A DNA stretch of 64,000 nucleotides from IMG/VR virus record IMGVR_UViG_3300045256_000415. One strand, given 5' to 3'. The notes below the pieces were generated by a model, which was not told where the DNA came from, made no database searches, and worked only from the letters and a program-made list of their open reading frames with translations. The DNA comes from an uncultured virus (IMG/VR IMGVR_UViG_3300045256_000415). Its lineage: Duplodnaviria; Heunggongvirae; Uroviricota; Caudoviricetes. A program made the position numbers and the translations under genes. Shown piece after piece: positions 31,461-41,922 of this stretch; positions within the stretch are counted from its first letter, which is position 1; each line of letters begins with the position of its first letter.

Positions 31461-32003
31461 TCAATCCTCATCGGTATCGTCCTCTTGCGAGACGTCTCGC
31501 AATTTCTTCTGCGTCTTGAAATCTTTCATCTGTTGGGCGATTCGGTCGGCGATCGCACCAGCGTCTGTTGTGCCAAAACGCTCGGCAAGGGTCGTTCGTT
31601 TGGCCCGTTTACCCTCCCCTAGCACCGGGCCGCGTCCGGGCTTCCAGCCCTTGATAACGCCGCATTCGTCCACCACGAAATCCGGGTCTTCCCGGAGAGT
31701 GTGGCCGACACATCCGCAAGCCCGCATGTTCTCGATGTACTGACAGTAGGTCTTCCAGACCTTCTCGTCTTTGAGGATCACATCTTCGCCGGGGAGCCAT
31801 TCATCCGTAACGACATTGCGAGCGAACCAGTAGGCCCAGAAGGGACTATCATGGTCGAACTTCACGTTTCCCCAACCGTAGATTTTCGCTTGCCCATCGA
31901 AATCCTCACGGATCTCTGGGCGAGTGAGACACAGTTGCCATGCCGCCTCGACTGTCGTCTTTCCGTTGGCGATACGGCCGTAATTCCGGTGGTAGTTTCG
32001 CAT
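31461..32003 (-). CDS. hypothetical protein
   Basis: 180 aa; WAYWFARNVV...WLPGEDVI. Confidence 0.65.
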   Translation of the reverse strand: MRNYHRNYGRIANGKTTVEAAWQLCLTRPEIREDFDGQAKIYGWGNVKFDHDSPFWAYWFARNVVTDEWLPGEDVILKDEKVWKTYCQYIENMRACGCVGHTLREDPDFVVDECGVIKGWKPGRGPVLGEGKRAKRTTLAERFGTTDAGAIADRIAQQMKDFKTQKKLRDVSQEDDTDED

Positions 32004-32118
32004 ATCCGGATGTGGCAGTAAGGCGACTATCGTTTAAAATACGCATCGGGCCGGGTTGCCCCGGCCCGCAATTTGGATCAGCAAGAGTAGCTTCTTCATG
32101 ATAATCCCGTAGTGGGGT

Positions 32119-32607
32119 TTAACCCCAGACGTCGATGAATTCGAGGACAGTGGCACCCGTGATGGGGACCGGGTTGCCGCTGGAGTCCAGGTCGCCCCAG
32201 ACCATATCTTCGTCATCCTCAGAGTCAGGGTCAGCCCAACGAGGGCCGTCCGTGACTATGGCGTCAACCACATCCACTAATGGGCGATCCAGATGATACT
32301 TGAACGGGTCCGTCGGCCCCGTTTGGCACGGGAAGTTCATCTGGATGTCGTCTTCGTACTGTGAGGAGCCCTCCGCTATGATCTCGTAGCCCCCATCAAA
32401 AGGACGTAGTACCTGCCGCGTGATAGTCACAATCCCACGCCGAAACAGGATTCCCTCACGCAGATATCCGGATGGCGGTTTTCCCCAGACGAACGGTTGA
32501 CCAATTGTAGAGGTGAAATCGATCACTCCCCCGGTGGTCTTCCACTCGACATGGTACTGTTGTTGGTACTCGTCCTGGTAAAAGATGTGGCCGCTCGGTT
32601 TCATCAA
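32119..32607 (-). CDS. hypothetical protein
   Basis: 162 aa acidic ORF. Confidence 0.65.
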   Translation of the reverse strand: MMKPSGHIFYQDEYQQQYHVEWKTTGGVIDFTSTIGQPFVWGKPPSGYLREGILFRRGIVTITRQVLRPFDGGYEIIAEGSSQYEDDIQMNFPCQTGPTDPFKYHLDRPLVDVVDAIVTDGPRWADPDSEDDEDMVWGDLDSSGNPVPITGATVLEFIDVWG

Positions 32608-32740
32608 AGTCCCCCTGCTATATCTACAGCCACACTCCGTCTTAGGTTTGCGACCTGAAGTATCCGAACTGTAACCCCATCTCAGAGATGAGGCGGCCGA
32701 AGGCCGTAACTAAAAAATAAGTGGACTAGAGGGGGAAGAC

Positions 32741-35700
32741 GTGGCCAAACTGACAGACATCCACAATCCGTCGTTCACTCTGCTGCCGGTCAACAACAAC
32801 CGCACGGCATGGCGGCCATTCGGCCTCCCTGTTGTAATGGTTGTACCACACAAACGAGACGCCGCCGGCAACACCTTCGCCAACTCAGGAGTCTTCAGTG
32901 TCCGCGTCTACATCGAAGACGTACCGCAAGAAGCCCGTGTCGCCGGGCACCAGAACATCGGTCGCCGCTTCCCCGACAAAGAACTGTACGCCGTAACCGT
33001 CAGTGCCCTCGACCTCGCCGATCGACTCCTCGACCTGTCCAACCTGCTCATCACCCGCGACGGCGTAGAGATCAGTATCGACGAGGCCAAGCAGGGCGAC
33101 CTTATCAACTACACCACCGCCACCGGCGTCAACGACACCATCCCATTCCTGGTCGGGGCAGACTACTACGACCTATCCGACATCTTGATCGACGTCGAAC
33201 TCCTCCCATCTGGCCAGTACAATCTGGTCTACGAGGCCGGATATTTCAAGCGGGTGATCTCCCTCGACGGCCGCAACGACTTCCTGTGCATCGACGCCAA
33301 CGTCCGTGCTTTGGCCATCCTTAAGTTCCAGATCGACCATCCTGGTCGGGTTCTTGAGGAGTTCTACCGGCTCACGCCCCCGCCCTACCTGACTAACGCC
33401 AGCAAATCCAAGGACACCACCGTCGCCCTCTATCGGCCTCTCACGGACCTCCTGCAAGACGTGATGGATGAGCAGGACTTGCTCGAACGCATCAATTGGG
33501 TGTTCGAAGCCCCGGCCGAAGCCATCCCCTACCTATCGAACTTGCTGGGGTGGGATATCCCGTACTTCCCGGAGTCGCTGGACCAACTGCGGCGAGCCGT
33601 GCTCCGCCGCACCGTTGAATTCCAGAACCTCAAGGGCTCGCGGCGGGCCATCATCAACATCTTCCGGTTGTTCGGGTTCGAGGTCCTCATCTCGAACCTC
33701 TGGTGGTCCTATGACGGGAAGCGGCTCATCCGCCCCGACGAGAAACTACCAATCACCTACGGGAACCAGGAAATCGTCACCGTCCCCGTGGATCAGGTGG
33801 ACCCCATCGTTGCAGACGAGGAGATTACCGGGTTCACCACCGTCCAAATCCCGCTACTTTTCCGGCCCCAGGAGAAGACGGGCCTTGACCAGTTCACCGC
33901 TCTACGTGACTCCGGCCACATCACGGTCACGTTCTACGCCGTCGAGCCGGGCTCCGACGCCCAACTCGCCCTGGACGATATCGTAAAGAAGATCAAAGCC
34001 GACCCCGCTGGTTGGGGAAACACCGCCAACTGCCAAAAGGATGCCGATGGGTTCACTTTCCCGCAGGTCATCACCGACGCCCTGACGGGGAAGGAACTGG
34101 CTGGTTACAGCCAACTGCAGATCTCCGGGAAGCTGGGCGAAGTCGCAGACGAGATCATCGTTGGCAAGCACATCCCCGTCCGGTCCAGCGGCCTTTCCCT
34201 GAATCGCGAGAACAACTTCCTGAAGGTCACTTACAACGGCTTCAGCGACCTTGAGGGGCTGCGGGTATACGGCTTCGCCACCTACCAACGGTTCGAGTTC
34301 CACGTACCGGACATCCTGGCGGACCTCCAGTCCAACCGCTTCGATCTCCAGGTCCTTACCCAGGCACTGGACGAATTCGCCGACCCGACGACGCTGGAAT
34401 TCGCTGTCGAATTCCTCTACAAGCTGAAGGCATTCCACTCGCTCCTGAACGTCATCCGCACCCGGATCGAACTGACCGAGACGTACGAAGTCACCGACCT
34501 ATGTTGCCTACCTGGCACCATGATTACCATGGGCGATGGAACACAAGTTCCTATCGAACACTTGCGAAAAGGCGATTTTGTTCTTGGTCATGATGGGCTA
34601 CCACATGTCGTTACTGAGGTGATGTGCCGCTTCATTAATGAGGAGATCATCGAGATCAAAGCTGCGGGCACCGGACGTAGATTACAGATGACTAGTAATC
34701 ATCCGCTGATGTCACTAGCTCGTGACCAAGCAACCTATTTGAAATCACGTAAAGTTCGGTCACGACGCAACCCACGAGCCTATTACCGTCTGCCGTCATC
34801 AGATTCATATGTGTGGACCTCAGCAGAAAACATTAACCCAGGCGACCTATTACGAGCACCTAAGCCAGCGACCCCAGATGACCAGACACTCACAACAGAG
34901 CAGGCCGAATTCCTTGGTTATTATGCGGCTAAAGGAGACGCTCGCTTTGGTAGGTCACATTGCGTTCGTTTCTCACTGGCCGCGAACGAACTAGATGTCG
35001 CTGAACGCATCTGCCAATTAGGGCGACTGTTGGGAGCCACCAGTGCGTCATTCAAGCTTTCCGGATCGCGTATCGCCGTCTATGTTTACGGTGCGGCTAT
35101 TGTTGAGTTATGCTTGCTACACTGTGGCCATGGGGCACGCACCAAACGACTTTCCAAACAAGTCATAAACTCGTCTTGGCCAGTGGCCTCTGAATTCATA
35201 AAGGCTTATTTTATCGGCAACGGTTCACTTACTGGCGGAACCGCCCCTCGCTGTCATAGTACGTCAGCTTCGGCTGATTTGACAGACCAGCTCTACTGGA
35301 TGCTTGCAAGGCATGGCATAGCTGCCACTCGAATCTATACAACCCAACAGGGCGGGCCGACCAACCGCAAACGCAAGTTCTTTATCAGCAAGCTGAACGT
35401 ACCGTCTAATTCAGCACGACGGTTGTGGCCATCGCTGCGGCCAGCCAAGCTTAATATGCCATGCCGGCATTGGTTTGCCGGCGATCATATTGCCATACGG
35501 GTAGAAGAAGTTTTGTGTAAACCATATATCGGTCCTGTCTATAATATAGAAGTAGACGCAGTGCATTCATATGTCGCAAACGGAGTGACTGTCCATAATT
35601 GCGTGGGCGGTGACTTCGAGCAACGGTACGATACTGACATCGGCCGGTTACAGGTGCCCCCGGCCATCATCCCTAAGATCCCCGGCGACCTGTCAGACTG

Positions 35701-37408
35701 CTCACTACTGGACGCCCGGAGCCTTGGCTACAAGGATTCTGACATCCAGCTACGCGTTCGCAAACTCACCAACCTGCCTGAGGAGCACGCCGCTTGGAAA
35801 GCCTTGGACGGTCGCGAATTCGTCCAACCCGCCGGCAGTCGCATCCTACCGAACCAGCCGGCCGCGGGCCGCGATGCCTGTAAGTTCAACCCCTACGGGC
35901 AGGATCGGAAGACAACAGAGGGGCGGGTTGAAGGATGGGATACCCAGCTTGGGCCGACTCCGCTGTCTAACTCTGGGGCTGTGGGATTCTCAAACAGCCA
36001 CGAACTCTCGCCGCAGGATGAAGCCGGACAATCAACCTCGACCAACTCCGACAGCAGTGCCTACGGGTCATTCATGCGGGAGTTCCGGGAAACGCCGGAA
36101 GCGTTCTGTGATCTCGACCGCGTAACCGACTACTGCTACAAGGGTCGGGTCGATGACGAGCTTCTATATAGGCCCACATTTATTGGCCAGGAGCCCGGCG
36201 GCATTCGGCCAATCAACATCAGCCTTGGAGTTGGTGCCTATTGGATGTTCCCGGCCTTGTCCCGTCAAATCCTGCCGGGCGTTCGCAAAAAGGACAGTCG
36301 CTCTAAGACGGTCAAAATGAAGTTCAGCGGCAAGGCCACAGAAGCCACCCGCTACTACTTCGCTGAAGGTATTCAGGGCGAATACCTCAATCAGCCATAC
36401 GACCAAAAGCAGGGCAAGAGCAAGCTGTCACTGCTGGGGCGGCTATACCGCGACTACGGCATGCCGACCACGGAGACACTCCATTTCTCAAACCGGCCGG
36501 GTAGCCCAAACACAGACCAGAAGTATCAACTGGCTCTTCAGCGACCCAACCTGGAGATCACCAAACCGACGCTGCATTTCCCAGGGTGCCGCTTCCCGAC
36601 ACTGAATCGTCTCAAGCGGGACTTCGTGAGTGAGTACTATGAAGCTCGGCCCTGGGATTTCGACGTGTGCGGAGTCAAGAACGTCTGCGGCAAAACCGAC
36701 CCGAATTTCTTGAACTTCAAGATAGTGGTGGGGACCGACGGCAACGAATACCTGACATTCGACAGCCAACCATATACGGTGGCGGGGAACAACCTCGACG
36801 CCGACATCCCCAGCTTGGGCGATCAGACCCTTGTGACCGACGCCGCTTTCACACAGAGCGACGTGGTTCATAAGGTCTACATGGGGGACGCCACCGACAA
36901 CCCCGCGGTTGTGCTCGATGGCGTTGTGGAGTATAACACGGCAGTCGCCGATGGGATGATCGACACCACCGACCCGCTATTCTCCAGCCATGCGGCCTGT
37001 GCCACCGATCCGAACGCTTTCACCGACTTCGCTGACGGCTACCCGGCAGTAGTTGGCCTACAGGACTACGAGCCACCGGACGCGACCCCCTACGATGCCC
37101 TACTGACAGAGATGGGCCTACCAGCCCCTCCGGGCACCGGTCAGGAGGTCTTGTTCCTGCTGTCATCTGGGATCAAGGATGGGTCGAAGTGTATCCGGCT
37201 CGATGGTGGGTGCCTGCTGGCAGATTGCAATCCCACCACCGGGCAAGCCACGATCTGCTCCACCGACAGCTACCTGGACGACGACGGGAATCTGGACTTC
37301 GAGCCGGACCACCTGCTTCTGGAGGCCCGGCTCATCGGGGACGAGGGCTTCACGGCTGAACTGACTCTGCTGGACGGCACGATCCCATCACTACTAGAGA
37401 CGGTTTAG
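32741..37408 (+). CDS. baseplate/tail protein (P2 gpI-like domain) containing an intein
   Basis: AIPYLSNLLGWD...RRAVLRR.VEFQNLKGSRRAI..IFRLFG; intein at 34502-35599. Confidence 0.8.
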   Translation: MAKLTDIHNPSFTLLPVNNNRTAWRPFGLPVVMVVPHKRDAAGNTFANSGVFSVRVYIEDVPQEARVAGHQNIGRRFPDKELYAVTVSALDLADRLLDLSNLLITRDGVEISIDEAKQGDLINYTTATGVNDTIPFLVGADYYDLSDILIDVELLPSGQYNLVYEAGYFKRVISLDGRNDFLCIDANVRALAILKFQIDHPGRVLEEFYRLTPPPYLTNASKSKDTTVALYRPLTDLLQDVMDEQDLLERINWVFEAPAEAIPYLSNLLGWDIPYFPESLDQLRRAVLRRTVEFQNLKGSRRAIINIFRLFGFEVLISNLWWSYDGKRLIRPDEKLPITYGNQEIVTVPVDQVDPIVADEEITGFTTVQIPLLFRPQEKTGLDQFTALRDSGHITVTFYAVEPGSDAQLALDDIVKKIKADPAGWGNTANCQKDADGFTFPQVITDALTGKELAGYSQLQISGKLGEVADEIIVGKHIPVRSSGLSLNRENNFLKVTYNGFSDLEGLRVYGFATYQRFEFHVPDILADLQSNRFDLQVLTQALDEFADPTTLEFAVEFLYKLKAFHSLLNVIRTRIELTETYEVTDLCCLPGTMITMGDGTQVPIEHLRKGDFVLGHDGLPHVVTEVMCRFINEEIIEIKAAGTGRRLQMTSNHPLMSLARDQATYLKSRKVRSRRNPRAYYRLPSSDSYVWTSAENINPGDLLRAPKPATPDDQTLTTEQAEFLGYYAAKGDARFGRSHCVRFSLAANELDVAERICQLGRLLGATSASFKLSGSRIAVYVYGAAIVELCLLHCGHGARTKRLSKQVINSSWPVASEFIKAYFIGNGSLTGGTAPRCHSTSASADLTDQLYWMLARHGIAATRIYTTQQGGPTNRKRKFFISKLNVPSNSARRLWPSLRPAKLNMPCRHWFAGDHIAIRVEEVLCKPYIGPVYNIEVDAVHSYVANGVTVHNCVGGDFEQRYDTDIGRLQVPPAIIPKIPGDLSDCSLLDARSLGYKDSDIQLRVRKLTNLPEEHAAWKALDGREFVQPAGSRILPNQPAAGRDACKFNPYGQDRKTTEGRVEGWDTQLGPTPLSNSGAVGFSNSHELSPQDEAGQSTSTNSDSSAYGSFMREFRETPEAFCDLDRVTDYCYKGRVDDELLYRPTFIGQEPGGIRPINISLGVGAYWMFPALSRQILPGVRKKDSRSKTVKMKFSGKATEATRYYFAEGIQGEYLNQPYDQKQGKSKLSLLGRLYRDYGMPTTETLHFSNRPGSPNTDQKYQLALQRPNLEITKPTLHFPGCRFPTLNRLKRDFVSEYYEARPWDFDVCGVKNVCGKTDPNFLNFKIVVGTDGNEYLTFDSQPYTVAGNNLDADIPSLGDQTLVTDAAFTQSDVVHKVYMGDATDNPAVVLDGVVEYNTAVADGMIDTTDPLFSSHAACATDPNAFTDFADGYPAVVGLQDYEPPDATPYDALLTEMGLPAPPGTGQEVLFLLSSGIKDGSKCIRLDGGCLLADCNPTTGQATICSTDSYLDDDGNLDFEPDHLLLEARLIGDEGFTAELTLLDGTIPSLLETV
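34502..35599 (+). mobile_element. intein (366 aa) with LAGLIDADG-type endonuclease domain
   Basis: N-terminus CCLPGTMITMGDG, block B TSNHP, blocks F/G VYNIEV...SYVANGVTVHN followed by Cys+1; codon usage differs from the exteins. Confidence 0.92.
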
Positions 37409-39090
37409 ACTCCACGGAAGGGGATGGCGACCATAGCTGAGATCCGTTGGTAGATCTCGGTCAATCGCTCTTCTAGCTGCGACTCGACCCAATCAAGCGT
37501 TTCTGGACTGCAGATCTTCAGGCCGGTCCCGTGCTTGGCACGAGCGGCTTTCTCGGCCGCTGCGGGGTCGAGCTGTTGACCACCAAGGAATTGAGTAAGG
37601 TGGAATAGCTCGGCCCGCATATTCTCTACCCACACGTACTTATACAGGTGCGGCGGGAGCTCCTTCAGCGTGCGTCCTAGCTCCTGAAGCTGGTGCTCTA
37701 CCTCCCAGATGTGCATATCGATCAGATCACGGTCCGTGTCTTTGTGCGGCTTGAGCCGGAAATAGTTGTTGGAGGTATCACGACCAAGCCTCATAAATTG
37801 CCGGTAGTCGTCCTGGTAGCACACCGGAGCCTTATGTAGGAGATCCGGCCACGTCACGAAGTTCAAGAACCGACTACGGATCAGGCTGACTGGGTCCCGG
37901 AGCATAACGATAAAACGGGCCGTTCCCTGGAGCCGTTCGTGGATGTCGTGGACAAAGTAGCTCAGATTTTTGTTGGCCTCACACACGAACCCACAATCCT
38001 GCCGGGCGTACAGTTCCAGACGTTCTAGAAACTCGTGGGTCCGGTGGTCACCCCCGAAGTGCTTGGCTTGGGCTTCCGCGGCTAAAGTGGGCGTCAGGCC
38101 GTACCGCACCCACGATTCAGCAGTACATGACTGACGGAGCACCTTCGCTAAGGTCTTGGTCCCCGCTCGTTCCAATCCCAGGATGAAGGCCCGCCGGATC
38201 TCTTTGCCACCGTTCTTGCGGCGGAAGTAGGTCAAGCTGTGCTGGTGGTTTGGTTCACACAGATGAGCGAGCTTGGGTAACCCGGCGAAGTGGGCGACCA
38301 CGGCCCCTGGATTGTCAGTACGGATGTTCTCGATTAGATCTTCGGGCGGGGTGACGTGGGTTTCCAGTGGCAGGCACTGAACCATCGTACCGTCGAGCGT
38401 CGAATCAGTGACCAGTTCGTACGGGTTCCTCTTAGCCGGGAAGTTCCACGCCTTCCGTGCCATAATCAGATGGTAGAGGTTCAATTCTTGCAAAGCCCAT
38501 AGTAGAGCACCCTGATCGAACAAGGCTAGCCAGGACCGAACATCCTTGTCCTTAGCGGCGATATCCACTTTTCGCTTCCACATCTTCATGATGTGCTTGT
38601 CGCGGGCCGGCTGCATGCCAATGACCCCGGAGTTAAGGACGATGTTCGCCTTCTCCTTGGGTATTTCGAGTTTGAATTTATTATACAGTTCTAACTTGTT
38701 CAGGCAGGTCTTAGGGGCGAAGAAATCGGCCATGACGACGAATTTCGTCTCGGCCAGTTCGCATAGGGGGTCCAAGCTTTCCAGGATCACCATATCCGAG
38801 TCGAGCCAGAGCACTGTCTCGTGCTCCGGAATGAGGTCGAAGTAATAGGGCTTGAACCATTGCCGCCAATGTGTGTCTGTCTTCTTGTACTCTTCGATAA
38901 GATCCGGATTGATGGTGATGATATGGACGTTCTTGTGGTTTTTCTTAAGAGCCTCTAACTGCCAGTTGAGCATCTCAAGACAAACAACGTAGATAGGGTA
39001 GTCGTGATGGCGACGAATCGAGTCGTAAAACACTAGATAGTCGTGCCACATATTTGGAGAGATGGCGGTTACGATCACCCGATCGTTCAT
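37405..39090 (-). CDS. GT8-like glycosyltransferase fused to a sulfotransferase-like P-loop domain
   Basis: WLDSD, NSGV, DQGAL, WN, HFAG..K; then ILGLERAGT and FIVMLRDP...IRS. Confidence 0.8.
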   Translation of the reverse strand: MNDRVIVTAISPNMWHDYLVFYDSIRRHHDYPIYVVCLEMLNWQLEALKKNHKNVHIITINPDLIEEYKKTDTHWRQWFKPYYFDLIPEHETVLWLDSDMVILESLDPLCELAETKFVVMADFFAPKTCLNKLELYNKFKLEIPKEKANIVLNSGVIGMQPARDKHIMKMWKRKVDIAAKDKDVRSWLALFDQGALLWALQELNLYHLIMARKAWNFPAKRNPYELVTDSTLDGTMVQCLPLETHVTPPEDLIENIRTDNPGAVVAHFAGLPKLAHLCEPNHQHSLTYFRRKNGGKEIRRAFILGLERAGTKTLAKVLRQSCTAESWVRYGLTPTLAAEAQAKHFGGDHRTHEFLERLELYARQDCGFVCEANKNLSYFVHDIHERLQGTARFIVMLRDPVSLIRSRFLNFVTWPDLLHKAPVCYQDDYRQFMRLGRDTSNNYFRLKPHKDTDRDLIDMHIWEVEHQLQELGRTLKELPPHLYKYVWVENMRAELFHLTQFLGGQQLDPAAAEKAARAKHGTGLKICSPETLDWVESQLEERLTEIYQRISAMVAIPFRGV

Positions 39091-39101
39091 AAGAGCCTCA
39101 C

Positions 39102-39947
39102 ATGGCCTACCCGCTTTCGATCTTCGTATTGTACTCAACCGGCCGGCGGCGGCAGTTCGAGCAGTTCAACCGGCTCCTGGCCCGGTGTGACCGCTACGCC
39201 GATTGCCAGAAGATCCTCATCGCTGACAACCACAGCGATATCCAACCAGCCGGGTTTGACACCAAGGTCCTGGCACGAGCCGGCAAGCACTTCTGTTGGT
39301 CCGACGCCTGGGCCGCCGCAATGGATATGGTTGAGTCGGAGAAGGTTCTATACCTGGACTGCGACCGCATCCTACCACAATGGTATCTGACTCGCATCAT
39401 CGACACCCTCCGCGATCACGAGTTCGTCTACCCTCTACACCTGTGGAATTTCAAATGTGATCTGCCCGACGAAATGTTTTTGGACAGGGAACTACTATTC
39501 CGCAAGTACCCCAACTCTTGGACACCAGAACGACTCACCGCCGAGTACATCTACCTGCCATGTCGCGGTCCACTATCCGGCACCAGTGCCTTCACGACCA
39601 AGACCTACCACTACGTCGGACCGTTAGACCGCTCCTACGTGGCCTGGGGCTACCCAGACCTTGAGTACCAGGAGGCGATCAAGGCGAAGGGTTGCACATT
39701 CCGGCCAATTGACACCGAAGTGTTTCACCTTCACCACAACTACGAACTGCCGATGCCGCTGTTCTTCGCGGTCAACGCCTGGAACGGGGTACGGTTCTTC
39801 AAGAAGTGGAAGCTCCCACCGACGCCGCTGTTTATGAGTTGGCTTGGTGACCTCGGACTCACCACCGAATACCTATTGAGCGTAAGTATCGACGAACTCA
39901 TGGCGAAATACAGTGAACAGTCAGCAAAAGTATCTCCTGGACAGTAG
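39102..39947 (+). CDS. GT2/GT7-like glycosyltransferase
   Basis: LYLDCD (DxD), WGYPD, FHLHH. Confidence 0.8.
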   Translation: MAYPLSIFVLYSTGRRRQFEQFNRLLARCDRYADCQKILIADNHSDIQPAGFDTKVLARAGKHFCWSDAWAAAMDMVESEKVLYLDCDRILPQWYLTRIIDTLRDHEFVYPLHLWNFKCDLPDEMFLDRELLFRKYPNSWTPERLTAEYIYLPCRGPLSGTSAFTTKTYHYVGPLDRSYVAWGYPDLEYQEAIKAKGCTFRPIDTEVFHLHHNYELPMPLFFAVNAWNGVRFFKKWKLPPTPLFMSWLGDLGLTTEYLLSVSIDELMAKYSEQSAKVSPGQ

Positions 39948-41379
39948 CGGTTTCGTTGTCGCTAAGGCTGCTGTGCCCGATGCCTTAATCAACTCACTAG
40001 TTTCTTCACTACCGTCAATAGATCACCAAAAGTTCCCGTTCATTGACATCAAGGTAGGTCGGGAACTCCTGACTCACCACTGGATCATACACGCCTGCCG
40101 TCAAATCATCGGCCCACACTTCCGCCTCGACCACACGTTCGGTATCAGCCAGAAGCAGGGCAGTGGCGAGAACTTGCATGGTGGCCCATTCTGTTGCCAG
40201 GGGTCCTGCTACTATGTCAACCATGGCGGCAAAATCCACTGTGGCCGGGTCACCGTCGGCATCGCCCTCACTCACCAATCGCCTGCAACGGGTGGTTTCT
40301 GCTACATCCCCGGTTCTCATAAGAGTGGCGACCCCACTGGCGGAGCGGAACTCCTGGGGAAGATGGGATTTGAGAACACAGTGGTCCCTACCTTGAGTCC
40401 TGGTGACATCTACTTCTTCCCCGATTGCCTCGTCCATGGGTGTACGCCATGGAAGGGCAAGTCACCTAGGGTCGCCCTCTATGCCGGTTTCTGCCCTGGT
40501 TTCGCGATGTGGAACAGCGGGCCCGCTCTTGCCCCAGAAACGACTCTGGAGCGGGCTCTCGTGGAACCGCCCTACGTGGCCAACTTCTCTCCACGAGACT
40601 ACGTGAACCACTGGCGAAAGGAAGTGCCGCGAGACTCAGCTTTTCAGATCTGCCGGATAATCGGTAATGAATTACCGCCGCGGGACGAGCCCGGCAGTAA
40701 ACTACGTTCCCTTGAGGAGATCTGTCAACGGGATGAGTCAGGCAGGCGGCGATACTGGATTGTTAACCGTATTGTCGACGTGAACTATTTCAAACAGGTA
40801 ATCAACATTCTAACCAAGTACGATGCCGAATACTACATCATCCCATTCGTAGCGGATGACTACCGGGCCTCTGAGGACAAGATCCACTATCTGACCAACA
40901 TCAACCCAGCCCGCAACTACGGGTTATCTCTTGGGACCTCCGAGTACGTGGCTTGTCTGGATCAAGACTGCTTCTTAGCCCCGGATGACTATTCACGGAT
41001 CACCAAACGGATGGATGCTGAGCCACGTGATTACTACGCCCTGACGATGCGGCGATGCACCCCGGAGACGCTTGGCCAGTATTTGGAGATGCCGCCAGAG
41101 GAACCACAGCTAATCCTCCACCGCCGTACTCAGTGGTTTGATCCCAAGCGACGGTTCGGAGACGATGATAAGATGGCCTTGCTTAGGGCCTTGGGTTGCC
41201 AAGGCCGCGGAAAAGGTTTCGCGTTCCACGGGGACCGCTGTTTGGTGGTTGGCGACGTTATTCATCTGTCCTACTCCGACCCTTCGGTGGAGCAGGACGT
41301 GGCCTTGAGGGTGGAACAGAGGCGGTCTGCTCTTAGTCAATTAGTCGCTATGGCTGACCGCCAGGGGGTATGGTTTTAG
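39913..41379 (+). CDS. PhyH-like 2OG-Fe(II) dioxygenase fused to a GT-A-like domain
   Basis: LHGG, GGFCYIPGSHKS, PGD..FF...LVHG..PW...R; C-terminal half ARNYGL...LDQDCF. Confidence 0.75.
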   Translation: MNSQQKYLLDSSGFVVAKAAVPDALINSLVSSLPSIDHQKFPFIDIKVGRELLTHHWIIHACRQIIGPHFRLDHTFGISQKQGSGENLHGGPFCCQGSCYYVNHGGKIHCGRVTVGIALTHQSPATGGFCYIPGSHKSGDPTGGAELLGKMGFENTVVPTLSPGDIYFFPDCLVHGCTPWKGKSPRVALYAGFCPGFAMWNSGPALAPETTLERALVEPPYVANFSPRDYVNHWRKEVPRDSAFQICRIIGNELPPRDEPGSKLRSLEEICQRDESGRRRYWIVNRIVDVNYFKQVINILTKYDAEYYIIPFVADDYRASEDKIHYLTNINPARNYGLSLGTSEYVACLDQDCFLAPDDYSRITKRMDAEPRDYYALTMRRCTPETLGQYLEMPPEEPQLILHRRTQWFDPKRRFGDDDKMALLRALGCQGRGKGFAFHGDRCLVVGDVIHLSYSDPSVEQDVALRVEQRRSALSQLVAMADRQGVWF

Positions 41380-41922
41380 GTTCTGATCGACGCGAGGGAA
41401 AGGGAAGGACGGGACAGGCATGTGGAGCCATTCGCAGAGCTTCTGCCACCCATCGCCCCCGCAGATGTCCATAACCAGCACATCATTGGCTGTCTCCATC
41501 ACGGCGGCATTATGCTCGCGGAATCGCTTACGGTAGACATATTCGTTGGGTCTGGTGGTGCCATAGGCCATCTGCTGGGTGATGATGGCTTCTTTGAGCA
41601 TCGACCCCTCTAGGTTCTCATGCACCCAGACATAATGTTTCCAGACGCTCTCGAACCATTTGGCCTCATCGCGTACAGTCAAGATCACACGACTGCTGGG
41701 GTATGTATCAAGCAGTTCTCGATAGAACAAAGCTGCGGGTAGGTCTAGAACAGCGTGAACGTCGTCATAACGACGAAAGTCGGGTCTTGGATTGTGCCCT
41801 AGGATGACGTCGCTAAGGCGTTCTGGCTGCCAGTGGCAGACCCGGAAGCCCATGAGGTCGAGAGCCTTAGCCAAAGAGCGGGAGCCCGTGCGGGACAGCC
41901 CTGGACAGATCAACTTCGCCAT
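41341..41922 (-). CDS. sulfotransferase-family protein
   Basis: GLSRTGSRSL..AL..MG, ILTVRD..KWFES, DGWQKLCEWL..PVP..PFP. Confidence 0.88.
   Translation of the reverse strand: MAKLICPGLSRTGSRSLAKALDLMGFRVCHWQPERLSDVILGHNPRPDFRRYDDVHAVLDLPAALFYRELLDTYPSSRVILTVRDEAKWFESVWKHYVWVHENLEGSMLKEAIITQQMAYGTTRPNEYVYRKRFREHNAAVMETANDVLVMDICGGDGWQKLCEWLHMPVPSFPFPRVDQNLKPYPLAVSHSD

Noticed and set aside
32620..32710. c-di-GMP riboswitch-like GUCGCAAAC and hairpins upstream of 32607
   Set aside because: The P2 tetraloop-receptor architecture is absent; only short local hairpins (including a UUCG loop) are supportable
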